From Macrostomum hystrix (taxonomy: Eukaryota > Animalia > Platyhelminthes): a stretch of 64,000 nt of DNA. This document shows positions 52,933 to 64,000 of the stretch, in pieces (position 1 is the stretch's first letter; every line of letters begins with the position of its first letter). Position numbers and translations under genes: made by a program. The stretch is taken from contig CATNEN010000029.1 of the NCBI GenBank assembly GCA_950097015.1, positions 2,604,001 through 2,668,000 on the forward strand, in the 5' to 3' direction. The notes beneath the pieces are model-generated. The model worked only from the letters and a program-made list of their open reading frames with translations, did no database searches and was not told the DNA's origin.

Positions 52933-55900
52933 ATTCTGATTGGTGCCAGCTGGCGATTTTGTGGCATTGATTGTCTCTTCATTCGACGAGTCTCTCTGCC
53001 CCCTGCGACCTCCAGCCACCTGGGCGGCCTCACGTCGGCAGATGAGCTGCTTGGCCACCTGGAGGAAGGTCGGATTGGACATCAGGTAGATGAAGATGTT
53101 CATTGACGAGTCCAGGGTGATCAGCATGTTCGACCATTTGGACAGCGTCACTTCCGTATTCCTTGGCAGCGCTTTGAATGCGAAGAGCAGTTTTGAGAAG
53201 AAGGCCGGCATCTCTAGGACAAAGAAGGTCAGAGCCAGCATGATTATCAGCTTGTCCGTGCCCGACTTGCGGCGCAGGTTGTGCGTCTCACGGAACCTCT
53301 GCCGAGCCCACAGCACCTGGCGAATTCGGGTGGACGGGTTGGGCAGTCTGGTAGGCAGAGTTAAAAGTCTGGTAGGTTTAGAATGCTGATAGGTAGTGTT
53401 TTAAAACAAAGTAGATACGATTAGAAGTCGTGAAGATAAACTAAACAGTCTGGTAGATAGGGTGGGAAGTCGAGTAGATAAAATTATAAGTCGGGTAGAT
53501 AGGATCAGAAGTCGAGTAGAATGGAACATAAGTCGGGTAGATAGGATCAGAAGTCTGGTAGATAGGATCAGAAGTCGAGTAGAATGGAACATAAGTCTGG
53601 TAGATAGGATCAGAAGTCGAGTAGAATGGAACAGAAGTCGAGTAGATAGGATCAGAAGTCTGGTAGATAGGATCAGAAGTCGAGTAGATAGGATCAGAAG
53701 TCTGGTAGATAGGATCAGAAGTCGAGTAGAAAGGATCAGAAGACAAAAGGCGGATAGAGACAAAATAAGTAAGTAAAAAGTAATATAATGTTTATAAGCT
53801 CGCTAGTCTAAGTTTTGGCCAATTTTCAGCTGAAATCACCATTCGTTTTTTAACTTTCTGGTTTACTGAGAATATACTGAGAAAAAGTTCCTAAGAAAAA
53901 GACAGCTAATAGAGAATAAGGATGCCAACAAGAGCTATTATAGAACAGACTTCTCCCCTAGCCATTAGTGTAATGAGCGCGGCATCCTTATAGTAGAGTT
54001 TCTCTATGCGAACTGCCACATCATCTTTACTGCTCCTTATCTCAGCTGAAAGTCAGCCCCTTAGCAACAGAAAAACAAAGTGCCAAGCAAAGAGTAAAAG
54101 ACAAAAAGACAGAAGGAAGTCGCCACACAGAGAGGAGAGAGAAGAGATCCCCGCCAGAGAAACACCAGACCGGACAGCCAGTGTCCCTGGATTCGATCGA
54201 CAACTTGGCTTGACTTGACAGTGAAATGAAAATTACTAAAAATTGATACAGCTGCAGCATGGTTGTGACACAGCCTAGCCCGGCCACGCGAGGGGGATAT
54301 CTCGTAGATGGGAACAAAAAACTTTTTTCCACTCTCTGTCTTCCCTCTCGCTAGCAGTCTGCATTTTCGGAGCACGAGAAGTGCTGATTAGATTAAGTGA
54401 ATTTTCTATCTATTTTATTTTCTGCCTAGGAACCGTTGTCTCTGGAGATCATTTTGTCTGCTCGTATTAAATCGATTTCAAACACCCAACACAGTGGTTG
54501 CCAAAATGGGGAAATGAATGTAAAACATGTAAATATGGTCAGAATAAACACAAGTGTATCCATCATAGTAGTTAAAAATGTTTCCTAGAAAACATTGCTT
54601 ATTATTCACATTTAAATATTGTGCACACAGGACATTGTGCCGGGGCCGAGATGGCTAAAATCTATGTTGACTCAAATCGCGTTGTCAGGAATGCAGGAAA
54701 GATATCGACAAGCGATGCCTGTCACCGTAGAAAGAACAGGTCGTGACTTGGACTTTTGCTTGACTTTATTGGACGATCTACGTATTGTTGACCTCGAATT
54801 AGGTTAAAATCTGATTGGACAATTTCTGAATTCAAGTTTACAAATTAGAAAAAAACGATTTTCCTACAAGTAGGACAAGTGTCCCCTCTGGCGCAGCGCG
54901 CCGATTGGTCGGTGAGGGAGGTGGGGTGGGGTTTGGTGGGGTTGGTGTGCAGGGGGGTGGAGAGGGATATGAGGGGTTAGAGTGAAGGGGTGGGTAGGGG
55001 TTTCAAGGGGTTTCTATTTAACACCAAATTGCGTATCTCTACTTTCGTGTTTAAGATTAAGGGTTACGGATTTGATGATGCTAAAACCCTCACACACGAT
55101 TTCGAAATGAGTTGTTTCAACTCTGTTATCTTCATACTATACTCCTTCTTTCTCTGCACTTCTCTTGTTTACTTCGTCAAGTTCAATCTAGTTCTTTCTT
55201 TGTTGTTATCGCTGCGCGCTGGTGTCCCATTCTGTCTCTCTTCCTCCCTTCTGATTGGTCGCCACCTCCCCCATTTTTATTCTCTAACCCTCTGTCTAAC
55301 CACACCTTCACAGCTTCACAGTCCGGCAATGCTGGCATTAAATTTTTCTCTCTTTCTCTTTCTTGCCGCCAGCAAGCAAATCCGTTAATCGATATTTTCC
55401 CCGACACTTATAATCTAGATCAATAGGATTTAAAATTTGACGATATTATTTTTTTTAGATTTGAGACTAGGGATTTTGGATTTGGCAATCGGGATTTTTG
55501 GATTTAGGTATGGGAATTCAGACGTGGCGAATTCTTAGGATTTGAGACTAAGGATTTGGGATCCAGCGATTTGAAATTCTAGGATTTTAGATTCAGGATT
55601 TCGGATTTCGGGATTTAAATCTGCGAGGCAGATATTTAAGAAGGAAAATTGAGTCTATAAAATTTATCAATATCCAGACCCACCTTGAGCACATAGGCGC
55701 TGCACACTAGCACCACAATGGCCGGACCGCCAGACTGCAGCAGGAACAGGCAGCCAGACAGGTAGAATATCTGATAGTACTGGTTTGAGTACACCGGCTT
55801 GTACGGCCCGGTTGAGCCCAGCAGGTACTGGCCCTGCGGCTCCAGCAGGCAGACGGTCTCATAGGCCTCGAATAGGCGGGGCAGCATCGCCAGGGCGCAG

Positions 55901-56484
55901 AGCAGGGCCGCCCCAATCAGCACCCGGCCGCAGGTCTCTCGGCGGAACAGCCGGGCGCCGGAGGTTGACCGGCAGACAGCTTCGTAGCGGTAATAGGACA
56001 GGCCGGCAAGGGTCCAGTTGCGAGCCAGCTGGAATGTGGCCGAGGTCTGGCGGGCCAGCACCGCCAGGCTGGCAAGGCCCACAGCCAGGCTGCGGCTGGT
56101 CAGGGGTGGCAGGCAGCAGGCGCGCAGCAGGCAGATGGCCAAGAAGCCGGACTGGCCGAGCTGGAAGGCGGTCTCGAACACTGACAGGCCGGTCAGCAGC
56201 ACGCTGGTGATGGACCGGTTAAAGGCTTTGTTGATGAATATGGCGAATGAGAGGCCGTTGGCCAGTGCGTTGAACAGGCATAGCGCGATGCTGGCAATGT
56301 CTAGCAGGCTGTCCTCGTCTGCTAGCGAGGCCGCGGCGGCGCCAGTGCTGGCATTGTAGAGATTGGCCGGGTCGCAGGCGGTGTCCGGCAGCACAGGCAG
56401 GACGCGGACCAGGGCGAAGTCGGACATTGACGGCACTGCCGGGGTCCGGTTGCCAGCCAAGTGACTGGCGGCGTCTGCTGACAT
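52774..56484 (-). CDS. Rhodopsin-class peptide-type GPCR (FMRFamide-receptor/Srw-like); exons 56484-55684 and 53316-52774; ~447 aa
   Basis: Seven hydrophobic segments; TM3 RNWTLAGLSYYRYEAVC, TM4 AMLPRLFE, TM6 FFVLEMPA, TM7 LDSSMNIFIYLMSNPTF; phase-0 intron AAG|gtgggt...ccag|GTG; polyQ tail ending ITEL. Confidence 0.9.
53410..53745. repeat. 21-bp AGTAGATAGGATCAGAAGTCG-type minisatellite in the GPCR intron
   Basis: Tandem units. Confidence 0.92.
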
Positions 56485-57374
56485 GGCTCTGACGGGAACA
56501 ATCCGGGGTTGGGATCTTTCTGTCTCGATCTCTCGGCCCTCTGGCGCCTATATTCCTTCAGTCCTATCAGGCGCGGGATTGGCCAGCAGGCGGGGAGCCA
56601 GCTGAGGAAGCCCCGATTGTATCTGGGAGGATCAGGCCTGGCAAATAGGAAGCAGCTTTTACAGTCGAGCTGTCAGGCACTTACTCCTTGGTTGATTGAC
56701 ACCTGGCGCAATGCCCCCCAACTAATAAATGGTCACCAACCGTGGCCTCATCACTTCTATCTAACACTTGCAGCTGGATCTTTAGTTACGCTACTATAGC
56801 AATAGAAGCAGCAGCAGCAGATGTTTCGCCGCACCGCTAGACGATTTGCTGCACAGCTGCGCTGGGATAACTGTTATATAAAGAGGCCGCCAGTTGGACG
56901 TGACTGTGCATAACAACGGAGAGTATTTCAAACTATTTCATTGCTACAGTTGGGGGCCTTGTTTCTGGAGTTTTGCGTAGACCAGATTCACTTGGCGCTA
57001 TTGCATACGGATGATTGCACTGCCGCTGACAGCGAGGTAAACAGTCGATGGCGCGGTGGAAAAGATGAGGATTATAGCCAGCCTGCATGATATTACGACT
57101 AAAATCCCTACAGTGTAAACACACCTGCGCGAACCGTTTCCTTGAAGTGTAGGCAGCCTCGTCGGTTTTTAGTACTAGTCAACTAGGATTAAAAAAAGAC
57201 ATGCATTGTAAAAAATGTACTACGAGTGTAATTGCATTTTACATTCTGACTAGTACCTATTCGACCAGGAGAACTATGCGGCAACATTTTATTCTATAGC
57301 TGGAATTTAACATTTACAAAAACTAAATAGCTTCGGAGGATCTGAGGGGTTTGGCGGACCTGTTAACTGCGGGC

Positions 57375-59930
57375 ATCTAGGTTAGCAATGGCTGATACCT
57401 GAGGGGATCTAGAATAGCGATGACTGATACCTGAGGGGATCTAGGATAGCGATGGCTGATACCTGAGGGGATCTAGAATAGCGATGACTGATACCTGAGG
57501 GATCTAGGATAGCGATGGCTGATACCTGAGGGATCTAGGATAGCGATGACTGATACCTGAGGGGATCTAGAATAGCGATGACTGATACCTGAGGGGATCT
57601 AGAATAGCGATGACTGATACCTGAGGGGATCTAGGATAGCGATGGCTGATACCTGAGGGGATCTAGAATAGCGATGACTGATACCTGAGGGATCTAGGAT
57701 AGCGATGGCTGATACCTGAGGGATCTAGGATAGCGATGACTGATACCTGAGGGGATCTAGGATAGCGATGACTGATACCTGAGGGATCAAGGATAGCGAT
57801 GGCTAATATCTGAGGGATCTAGGATAGCGATGGCTAATACCGGAGGGATCAAGGATAGCGATGGCTAATACCTGAGGGATCAAGGATAGCGATGGCTGAT
57901 ACCTGAGGGGATCTAGGATAGCGATGGCTAATACCTGAGGGATCTAGGATAGCGATGACTGATACGAGGGATCTAGAATAGCGATGGCTGATACCTGAGG
58001 GATCTAGGATAGCGATGACTGATACCTGAGGGATCTAGGATAGCGATGGCTAATACCTGAGGGATCAAGGATAGCGATGGCTGATACCTGAGGGATCTAG
58101 GATAGCAATGGCTGATACCTGAGGGATCTAGGATAGCGATGACTGATACCTGAGGGGATCTAGGATAGCAATGGCTGATACCTGAGGGATCTAGGATAGC
58201 GATGGCTGATACCTGAGGGATCTAGGATAGCGATGGCTGATACCTGAGGGATCTAGGATAGCAATGGCTGATACCTGAGGGATCTAGGATAGCGATGGCT
58301 GATACCTGAGGGATCTAGGATAGCAATGGCTGATACCTGAGGGATCTAGGATAGCGATGGCTGATACCTGAGGGATCTAGGATAGCGATGACTGATACCT
58401 GAGGGGATCTAGGATAGCGATGACTGATACCTGAGGGATCAAGGATAGCGATGGCTAATATCTGAGGGATCTAGGATAGCGATGGCTAATACCGGAGGGA
58501 TCAAGGATAGCGATGGCTAATACCTGAGGGATCAAGGATAGCGATGGCTGATACCTGAGGGGATCTAGGATAGCGATGGCTAATACCTGAGGGATCTAGG
58601 ATAGCGATGACTGATACGAGGGATCTAGAATAGCGATGGCTGATACCTGAGGGATCTAGGATAGCGATGACTGATACCTGAGGGATCTAGGATAGCGATG
58701 GCTAATACCTGAGGGATCAAGGATAGCGATGGCTAATATCTGAGGGATCTAGGATAGCGATGGCTAATACCGGAGGGATCAAGGATAGCGATGGCTAATA
58801 CCTGAGGGATCAAGGATAGCGATGGCTGATACCTGAGGGGATCTAGGATAGCGATGGCTAATACCTGAGGGATCTAGGATAGCGATGACTGATACGAGGG
58901 ATCTAGAATAGCGATGGCTGATACCTGAGGGATCTAGGATAGCGATGACTGATACCTGAGGGATCTAGGATAGCGATGGCTAATACCTGAGGGATCAAGG
59001 ATAGCGATGGCTGATACCTGAGGGATCTAGGATAGCAATGGCTGATACCTGAGGGATCTAGGATAGCGATGACTGATACCTGAGGGGATCTAGGATAGCA
59101 ATGGCTGATACCTGAGGGATCTAGGATAGCGATGGCTGATACCTGAGGGATCTAGGATAGCGATGGCTGATACCTGAGGGATCTAGGATAGCAATGGCTG
59201 ATACCTGAGGGATCTAGGATAGCGATGGCTAATACCTGAGGGATCTAGGATAGCGATAGCTAATACCTGAGGGATCAAGTATAGCGATGGCTGATACCTG
59301 AGGGGATCTAGGATAGCGATGCTGATACCTGAGGGGATCTAGGATAGCGATGGCTGATACCTGAGGGGATCTAGGATAGCAATGGCTGATACCTGAGGGG
59401 ATCTAGGATTGCGATGACTGATACCTGAGGGATCTAGGATAGCGATGGCTGATACCTGAGGGATCTAGGATAGCGATGACTGATACCTGAGGGGATCTAG
59501 GATTGCAATGGCTGATACCTGAGGGATCTAGGATAGCGATGGCTGATACCTGAGGGATCTAGGATAGCGATGGCTGATACCTGAGGGGATCTAGGATAGC
59601 AATGGCTGATACCTGAGGGATCTAGGATAGCGATGGCTAATACCTGAGGGATCTAGGATAGCGATAGCTAATACCTGAGGGATCAAGTATAGCGATGGCT
59701 GATACCTGAGGGGATCTAGGATAGCGATGGCTGATACCTGAGGGGATCTAGGATAGCGATGGCTGATACCTGAGGGGATCTAGGATAGCAATGGCTGATA
59801 CCTGAGGGGATCTAGGATAGCGATGACTGATACCTGAGGGATCTAGGATAGCGATGGCTGATACCTGAGGGGATCTAGGATAGCGATGTCTGATACCTGA
59901 GGGGATTTAGGATAGCGATGGCTGATACTC
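57375..59930. repeat. 31/32-bp GATACCTGAGGG(G)ATCTAGGATAGCGATGGCT minisatellite, ~2.55 kb (~80 units)
   Basis: Tandem units with re-duplicated variant blocks. Confidence 0.98.
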
Positions 59931-60613
59931 ATTGGATCTAGGATTCTCTCTCTGAATAACAATCTGATGGGGATCTGGGAGCGGTAGATTAAAATGCCAA
60001 CGGAGGATCAGCTCAGAGTTAAATCGTCATAGCAGAAAAATCATTCAGATCTAAATTGAGCGATATGTACTAGGAGTAAAATTTAAAATTATGTGCAGCA
60101 GATGTGCCTTAGGCAATGCAGCCAAAAAGCACTCCCAGAAAATTAAAAGTGAACCGTATCAGCCAGGCTAACAATAATCCCTGTAATCCACATAGATAAC
60201 TGTCAACAAGCCTTTTAAAATGCTTCACGGAGCAGTGCAGTCCAGTCCAGATAAGAATCGAAACTGCTAGTAGCTGGTGGGCTAAAATAGGGGCAAACAC
60301 TGGCCAGGAAATATAACCTGAATGCCGCCGTTTGCAACTGCTGAATTGCCAAATACACATAATTTTCAAGCAGGAAACACGCTTGGCGCATTCGATAGAA
60401 ATCCGAATCTAGCCAGATTTGCTTGCTTTTCAACGCGCTAGTCGCATGCTCTCTTATCTGATACTCTAGACGCCTGCAGCTGGACTTCATTTGAGAACGC
60501 ATCTGTGCCAAGCTGCAGCTGGAAGCCCTCTAATGTTACAGTGCAACAGTGCTTTCTGTGATAACCTGCATTCTGAATATATGCACGAGGTGGTGCAATT
60601 AATGTCATGGATA

Positions 60614-61084
60614 TCAGGGAAGATGGCTGCCATACTGTCACCAGAGAATCAGGGAAGATGGCGGACATACTGTCACTAGAGAATCAGGCAGGATGGCGGC
60701 CATACTGTCACTAGAGAATCAGGGAAGATGGCGGCCACACTGTCACTAGAGAATCAGGGAAGATGGCGGCCATACTGTCACTAGAGAATCAGGGAAGATG
60801 GCGGCCATACTGTCACTAGAGAATCCGGGAAGATGGCGGCCATACTGTCACTAGAGAATCAGGGAAGATGGCGGCCATACTGTCACTAGAGAATCAGGGA
60901 AGATGGCGGCCATACTGTCACCAGAGAATCAGTGAAGATGGCGGCCATACTGTCACTAGAGAATCAGGGAAGATGGCGGCCATACTGTCACTAGAGAATC
61001 AGGGAAGATGGCGGCCATACTGTCACTAGAGAATCAGGGAAGATGGCGGCCATACTGTCACTAGAGAATCAGGGAAGATGGCGG
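60614..61084. repeat. 35-bp AGAGAATCAGGGAAGATGGCGGCCATACTGTCACT minisatellite, ~13.5 units
   Basis: Tandem units. Confidence 0.96.
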
Positions 61085-61974
61085 AAAATAGAAGAAATGG
61101 ATTAATTATTAGAAGAATGGATAACATTGGAATAGAAAAAAAACCAAGGAAAACCAGTTTCATAACTTTATTTTACGTGCATTAGAAAAATGCATTTATT
61201 ATTTCGTACATTAGTATGCTTCGTAACAGGCTTAAAAAGATAGAAGGCTGGAAATTAGATAAAATTGTAATTTAAGCGGGGTTATGCAGGTAGTTAATTA
61301 ACTTTCTGGGCGATTAAGGCAGCCAACGCAAGTAGGAAAACATAGATAAAAAAATAAAGGAACTGGCGACAACATTTACAGAGCTGAATTTTAAACATGT
61401 AAAAAGTATGCTTGCTTGCCAATAATTATTTAACTTAACTATCAGATTATGAGGCGTCAGTAGTGGCCAATTTATGACTTAGTAGATACTACTGTCCATA
61501 ATGTTGCTCGAGTAGCAGGTTTAGCGTGAATGGTCTTTAATTATCTAGCACAAAAATTAACATTTACATAGATGATAAAGGGTGTTGCACAACATATTAA
61601 ATAGGTCACTATTCAATAGAGTTAAATATAATGATAAAGTGAATGAAACATCAAGGCTATGTACAAAATTGACCAACGGTTAAAAGCTGACTGACTTAGC
61701 AACTATTGAAATAAAAACACGGGACACACACTGACAGATTAAGAAAAATGCAGCTTTAAGCACGGGTAAGCTGGTGCAACCGAAAACTATTCAGTGTAGA
61801 ATAAGAGATTAGCTTTTCAAGTAGTCAATTTTTTGTGAAAATTTTAACAAGATATGAGAACAGCACGAATTCAATGATTCCGAAATGCTACGCAATACGA
61901 ATCTATCCATAGCTCATCTAAAAGGAGAGGAGAAAAATTAACTATTACACTTGAACAGATACTTGGCCTTAACT

Positions 61975-62640
61975 TCGTTGTTCCTGAGGACCCACTCATT
62001 CAGTCTGTTGTTCCTGAGGACCCTCTCATTCAGTCTGTTGTTCCTGAGGACCCTCTCATTCAGTCTGTTGTTCCTGAGGACCCACTCATTCAGTCTGTTG
62101 TTCCTGAGGACCCTCTCATTCAGTCTGTTGTTCCTGAGGACCCTCTCATTCAGTCTGTTGTTCCTGAGGACCCACTCATTCAGTCTGTTGTTCCTGAGGA
62201 CCCTCTCATTCAGTCTGTTGTTCCTGAGGACCCTCTCATTCAGTCTGTTGTTCCTGAGGACCCTCTCATTCAGTCTGTTGTTCCTGAGGACCCTCTCATT
62301 CAGTCTGTTGATCCTGTAGACCCTCTCATTCAGTCTGTTGATCCTGTAGACCCTCTCATTCAGTCTGTTGTTCCTGTAGACCCTCTCATTCAGTCTGTTG
62401 ATATTGTAGACCCTCTCATTCAGTCTGTTGTTCCTGTAGACCCTCTCATTCAGTCTGTTGTTCCTGAGGACCCTCTCATTCAGTCTGTTGTTCCTGATGA
62501 CCCACTCATTCAGTCTGTTGTTCCTGTGGACCCTCTCATTCAGTCTGTTGATATTGTAGACCCTCTCATTCAGTCTGTTGTTCCTGTGGACCCTCTCATT
62601 CAGTCTGTTGTTCCTGTGGACCCTCTCATTCAGTCTGTTA
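61975..62640. repeat. 30-bp CCTCTCATTCAGTCTGTTGTTCCTGAGGAC minisatellite just 3' of the NSD stop codon, ~22 units
   Basis: Tandem units. Confidence 0.97.
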
Positions 62641-62687
62641 ATAATTAGGTCTCTTTGTGTCGCTATTGTGAGCACTAGACTCCGAAA

Positions 62688-64000
62688 TCAGTCGCCGTTC
62701 TCCTTGCCCTCGGACGAGGCTTGAAAAGCGACGAGAAGGTCGTCGTGCTCGCAGCACACGTAGTAAGAATTATTATTATTATTGTTACTGTTGACATTGG
62801 CGCCAACTTCGGCGGCGTCGCCAGACGACATCCGATAGATGCGACCCTCGGCGTGCTCTGTGCAATAGGAGCCCGGACACTCGGAGCACAGCACGCCGGC
62901 CGGCCGGCCGCATTCGTCGCAGTGATGCCAGGGGCAGTACCATTTGCCGAATGGCGCCTTGGCCAGGCCGAGGCAGCCCAGGTGATAGACCTTTGGGCAG
63001 CCCTCCTTGTCGCACATTATCATCTCGCCTCCGTCGCAGCATCTGCAGAAAAGCAAAACATACGCATATTGATCAATCTGTCTCATTTGTTGTTTATTCT
63101 ACTAGAATGAATTTATTTACCGTGAAACTTAAAGAAAGAAAATTCTAACGAAATCTCAAAATTTCTGAAACAGAAGCCGAATTTTCTTGATTATCGAATA
63201 ATAATTTTTTATTACACCTGCCCTAATCGGGCCAGATGTGCAGCCGACAGCACAGCCGCAGCTATTGCGCGGCGCATCTGAAGGCTGCGTACAGCTGTTC
63301 AGTCCATGGACTGGGGGGACGCCGCACCCACCCTTTATTACCCCAGCTAATGCTGGTACCCATTTAACAGCCGTGTGAACTGAAGTAATGCAGAGTTAAG
63401 TGTCATGCTAAAAACACAAAAAATTTTTCCAGTGGAGTCGGGAATCGAGCCCCCGACCTTCAAGTCGTGAGTCCGACGCTCTAACCACTAGGCTTCTAAG
63501 GCCGTAAAGACTACATTACTCGTATTATCATAACTATAGCGGTACCATAGTTTTGGGAATTCAGAAGTTGCCAGAGTTATTGGATTGTGGCATTCAGCCA
63601 CAAGGCCATGACTCAAATGCGAAATTTAGGAGGCTCGAAACTTACCGATAGCAAGTGTCTTCGTAAACAACTTTAGACACGGCTACGGAGCAGAGACCGC
63701 TAGCGGCGGTAGCGATGGCGCTCTTTGATCGACGGCCACGCTTCTTGCCAGTCTCGGCACAGTCTTTGGCGTCCTTGGCGGCTGCCGCATCGCGCAGCAG
63801 ATTAGCCGAAGATTTCGGCCGGACGCCCAGAAAGCCGGAGCAGTTGTCGGCTCCGCATTGGCAGGCCAATTTTTCGGCGCCCAAGCATTCGAAATTGTAA
63901 TTAAAGGTGAGCTCTTCGCCGGCTTTGATGTCGCGCAATGCGAATAGACCGATTCTGAGGTCGCCGTTAACCGACCACTTCTGAGTCACAAGGTTTGGCG
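62688..64000 (-). CDS. NSD: NSD-family H3K36 methyltransferase, 3' end only; exons (>64000)-63646 and 63042-62688
   Basis: SET end [35 protein letters not shown], post-[16 protein letters not shown], then PHD5-C5HCH ([30 protein letters not shown]...[14 protein letters not shown]); phase-2 intron CG|gtaagt...ctgcag|A. Confidence 0.95.
63229..63497 (-). mobile_element. tRNA-derived CORE-like SINE in an NSD intron
   Basis: RC head CCTAGTGGTTAGAGCGTCGGACTCACGACTTGAAGGTCGGGGGCTCGATTCCC; body matches the 50422 and 39799 copies. Confidence 0.88.

Noticed and set aside
54905-55005. G-rich tracts with G4 potential (also ~38245-38270)
   Set aside because: Low-complexity purine/G runs are common; nothing links them to function
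60109-60679. ORF 60215..60511 faintly like the helical Ariadne/RBR C-terminal region
   Set aside because: Similarity too weak, no RING/IBR cysteines nearby and no clear exon boundaries
63430-63497. tRNA gene candidates (also 32679, 39806, 50620)
   Set aside because: Acceptor and anticodon stems do not pair properly, and three of the four continue into a shared SINE body; treated as SINE heads

Overview
Eukaryotic (animal) genomic DNA with GT-AG introns, GC-rich exons, AT-rich intergenic DNA and a minisatellite in most introns. That style suggests a Macrostomum-like free-living flatworm (inference only). The main structure is a ~16 kb palindrome (arms 2052-8850 and 10381-18180, 1.53 kb spacer) carrying two head-to-head 8-exon genes. 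Each encodes a signal peptide, two tandem non-catalytic cholinesterase-like domains, a Ser/Thr stalk and a TM helix. Ectodomain exons and non-repeat intron sequence are almost identical between the copies. Near-identity stops at the start of the TM helix: the TM codons are synonymously saturated and the cytoplasmic tails are unrelated. This looks like an old paralog pair homogenised by gene conversion, resembling a paired-receptor system. The window also holds complete genes for Axin (3 exons), LRP2BP (6 exons), a secreted Cu/Zn SOD, an atypical CFP1/CXXC1-like PHD-CXXC protein and a peptide-type rhodopsin GPCR, plus the 3' end of an NSD H3K36 methyltransferase. Mobile DNA comprises four hAT-like MITE copies with 8-bp TSDs, a Merlin deletion derivative, a tRNA/CORE-type SINE family and many tandem arrays. 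Exon boundaries were derived by hand from splice signals and reading-frame phase, not from transcripts.
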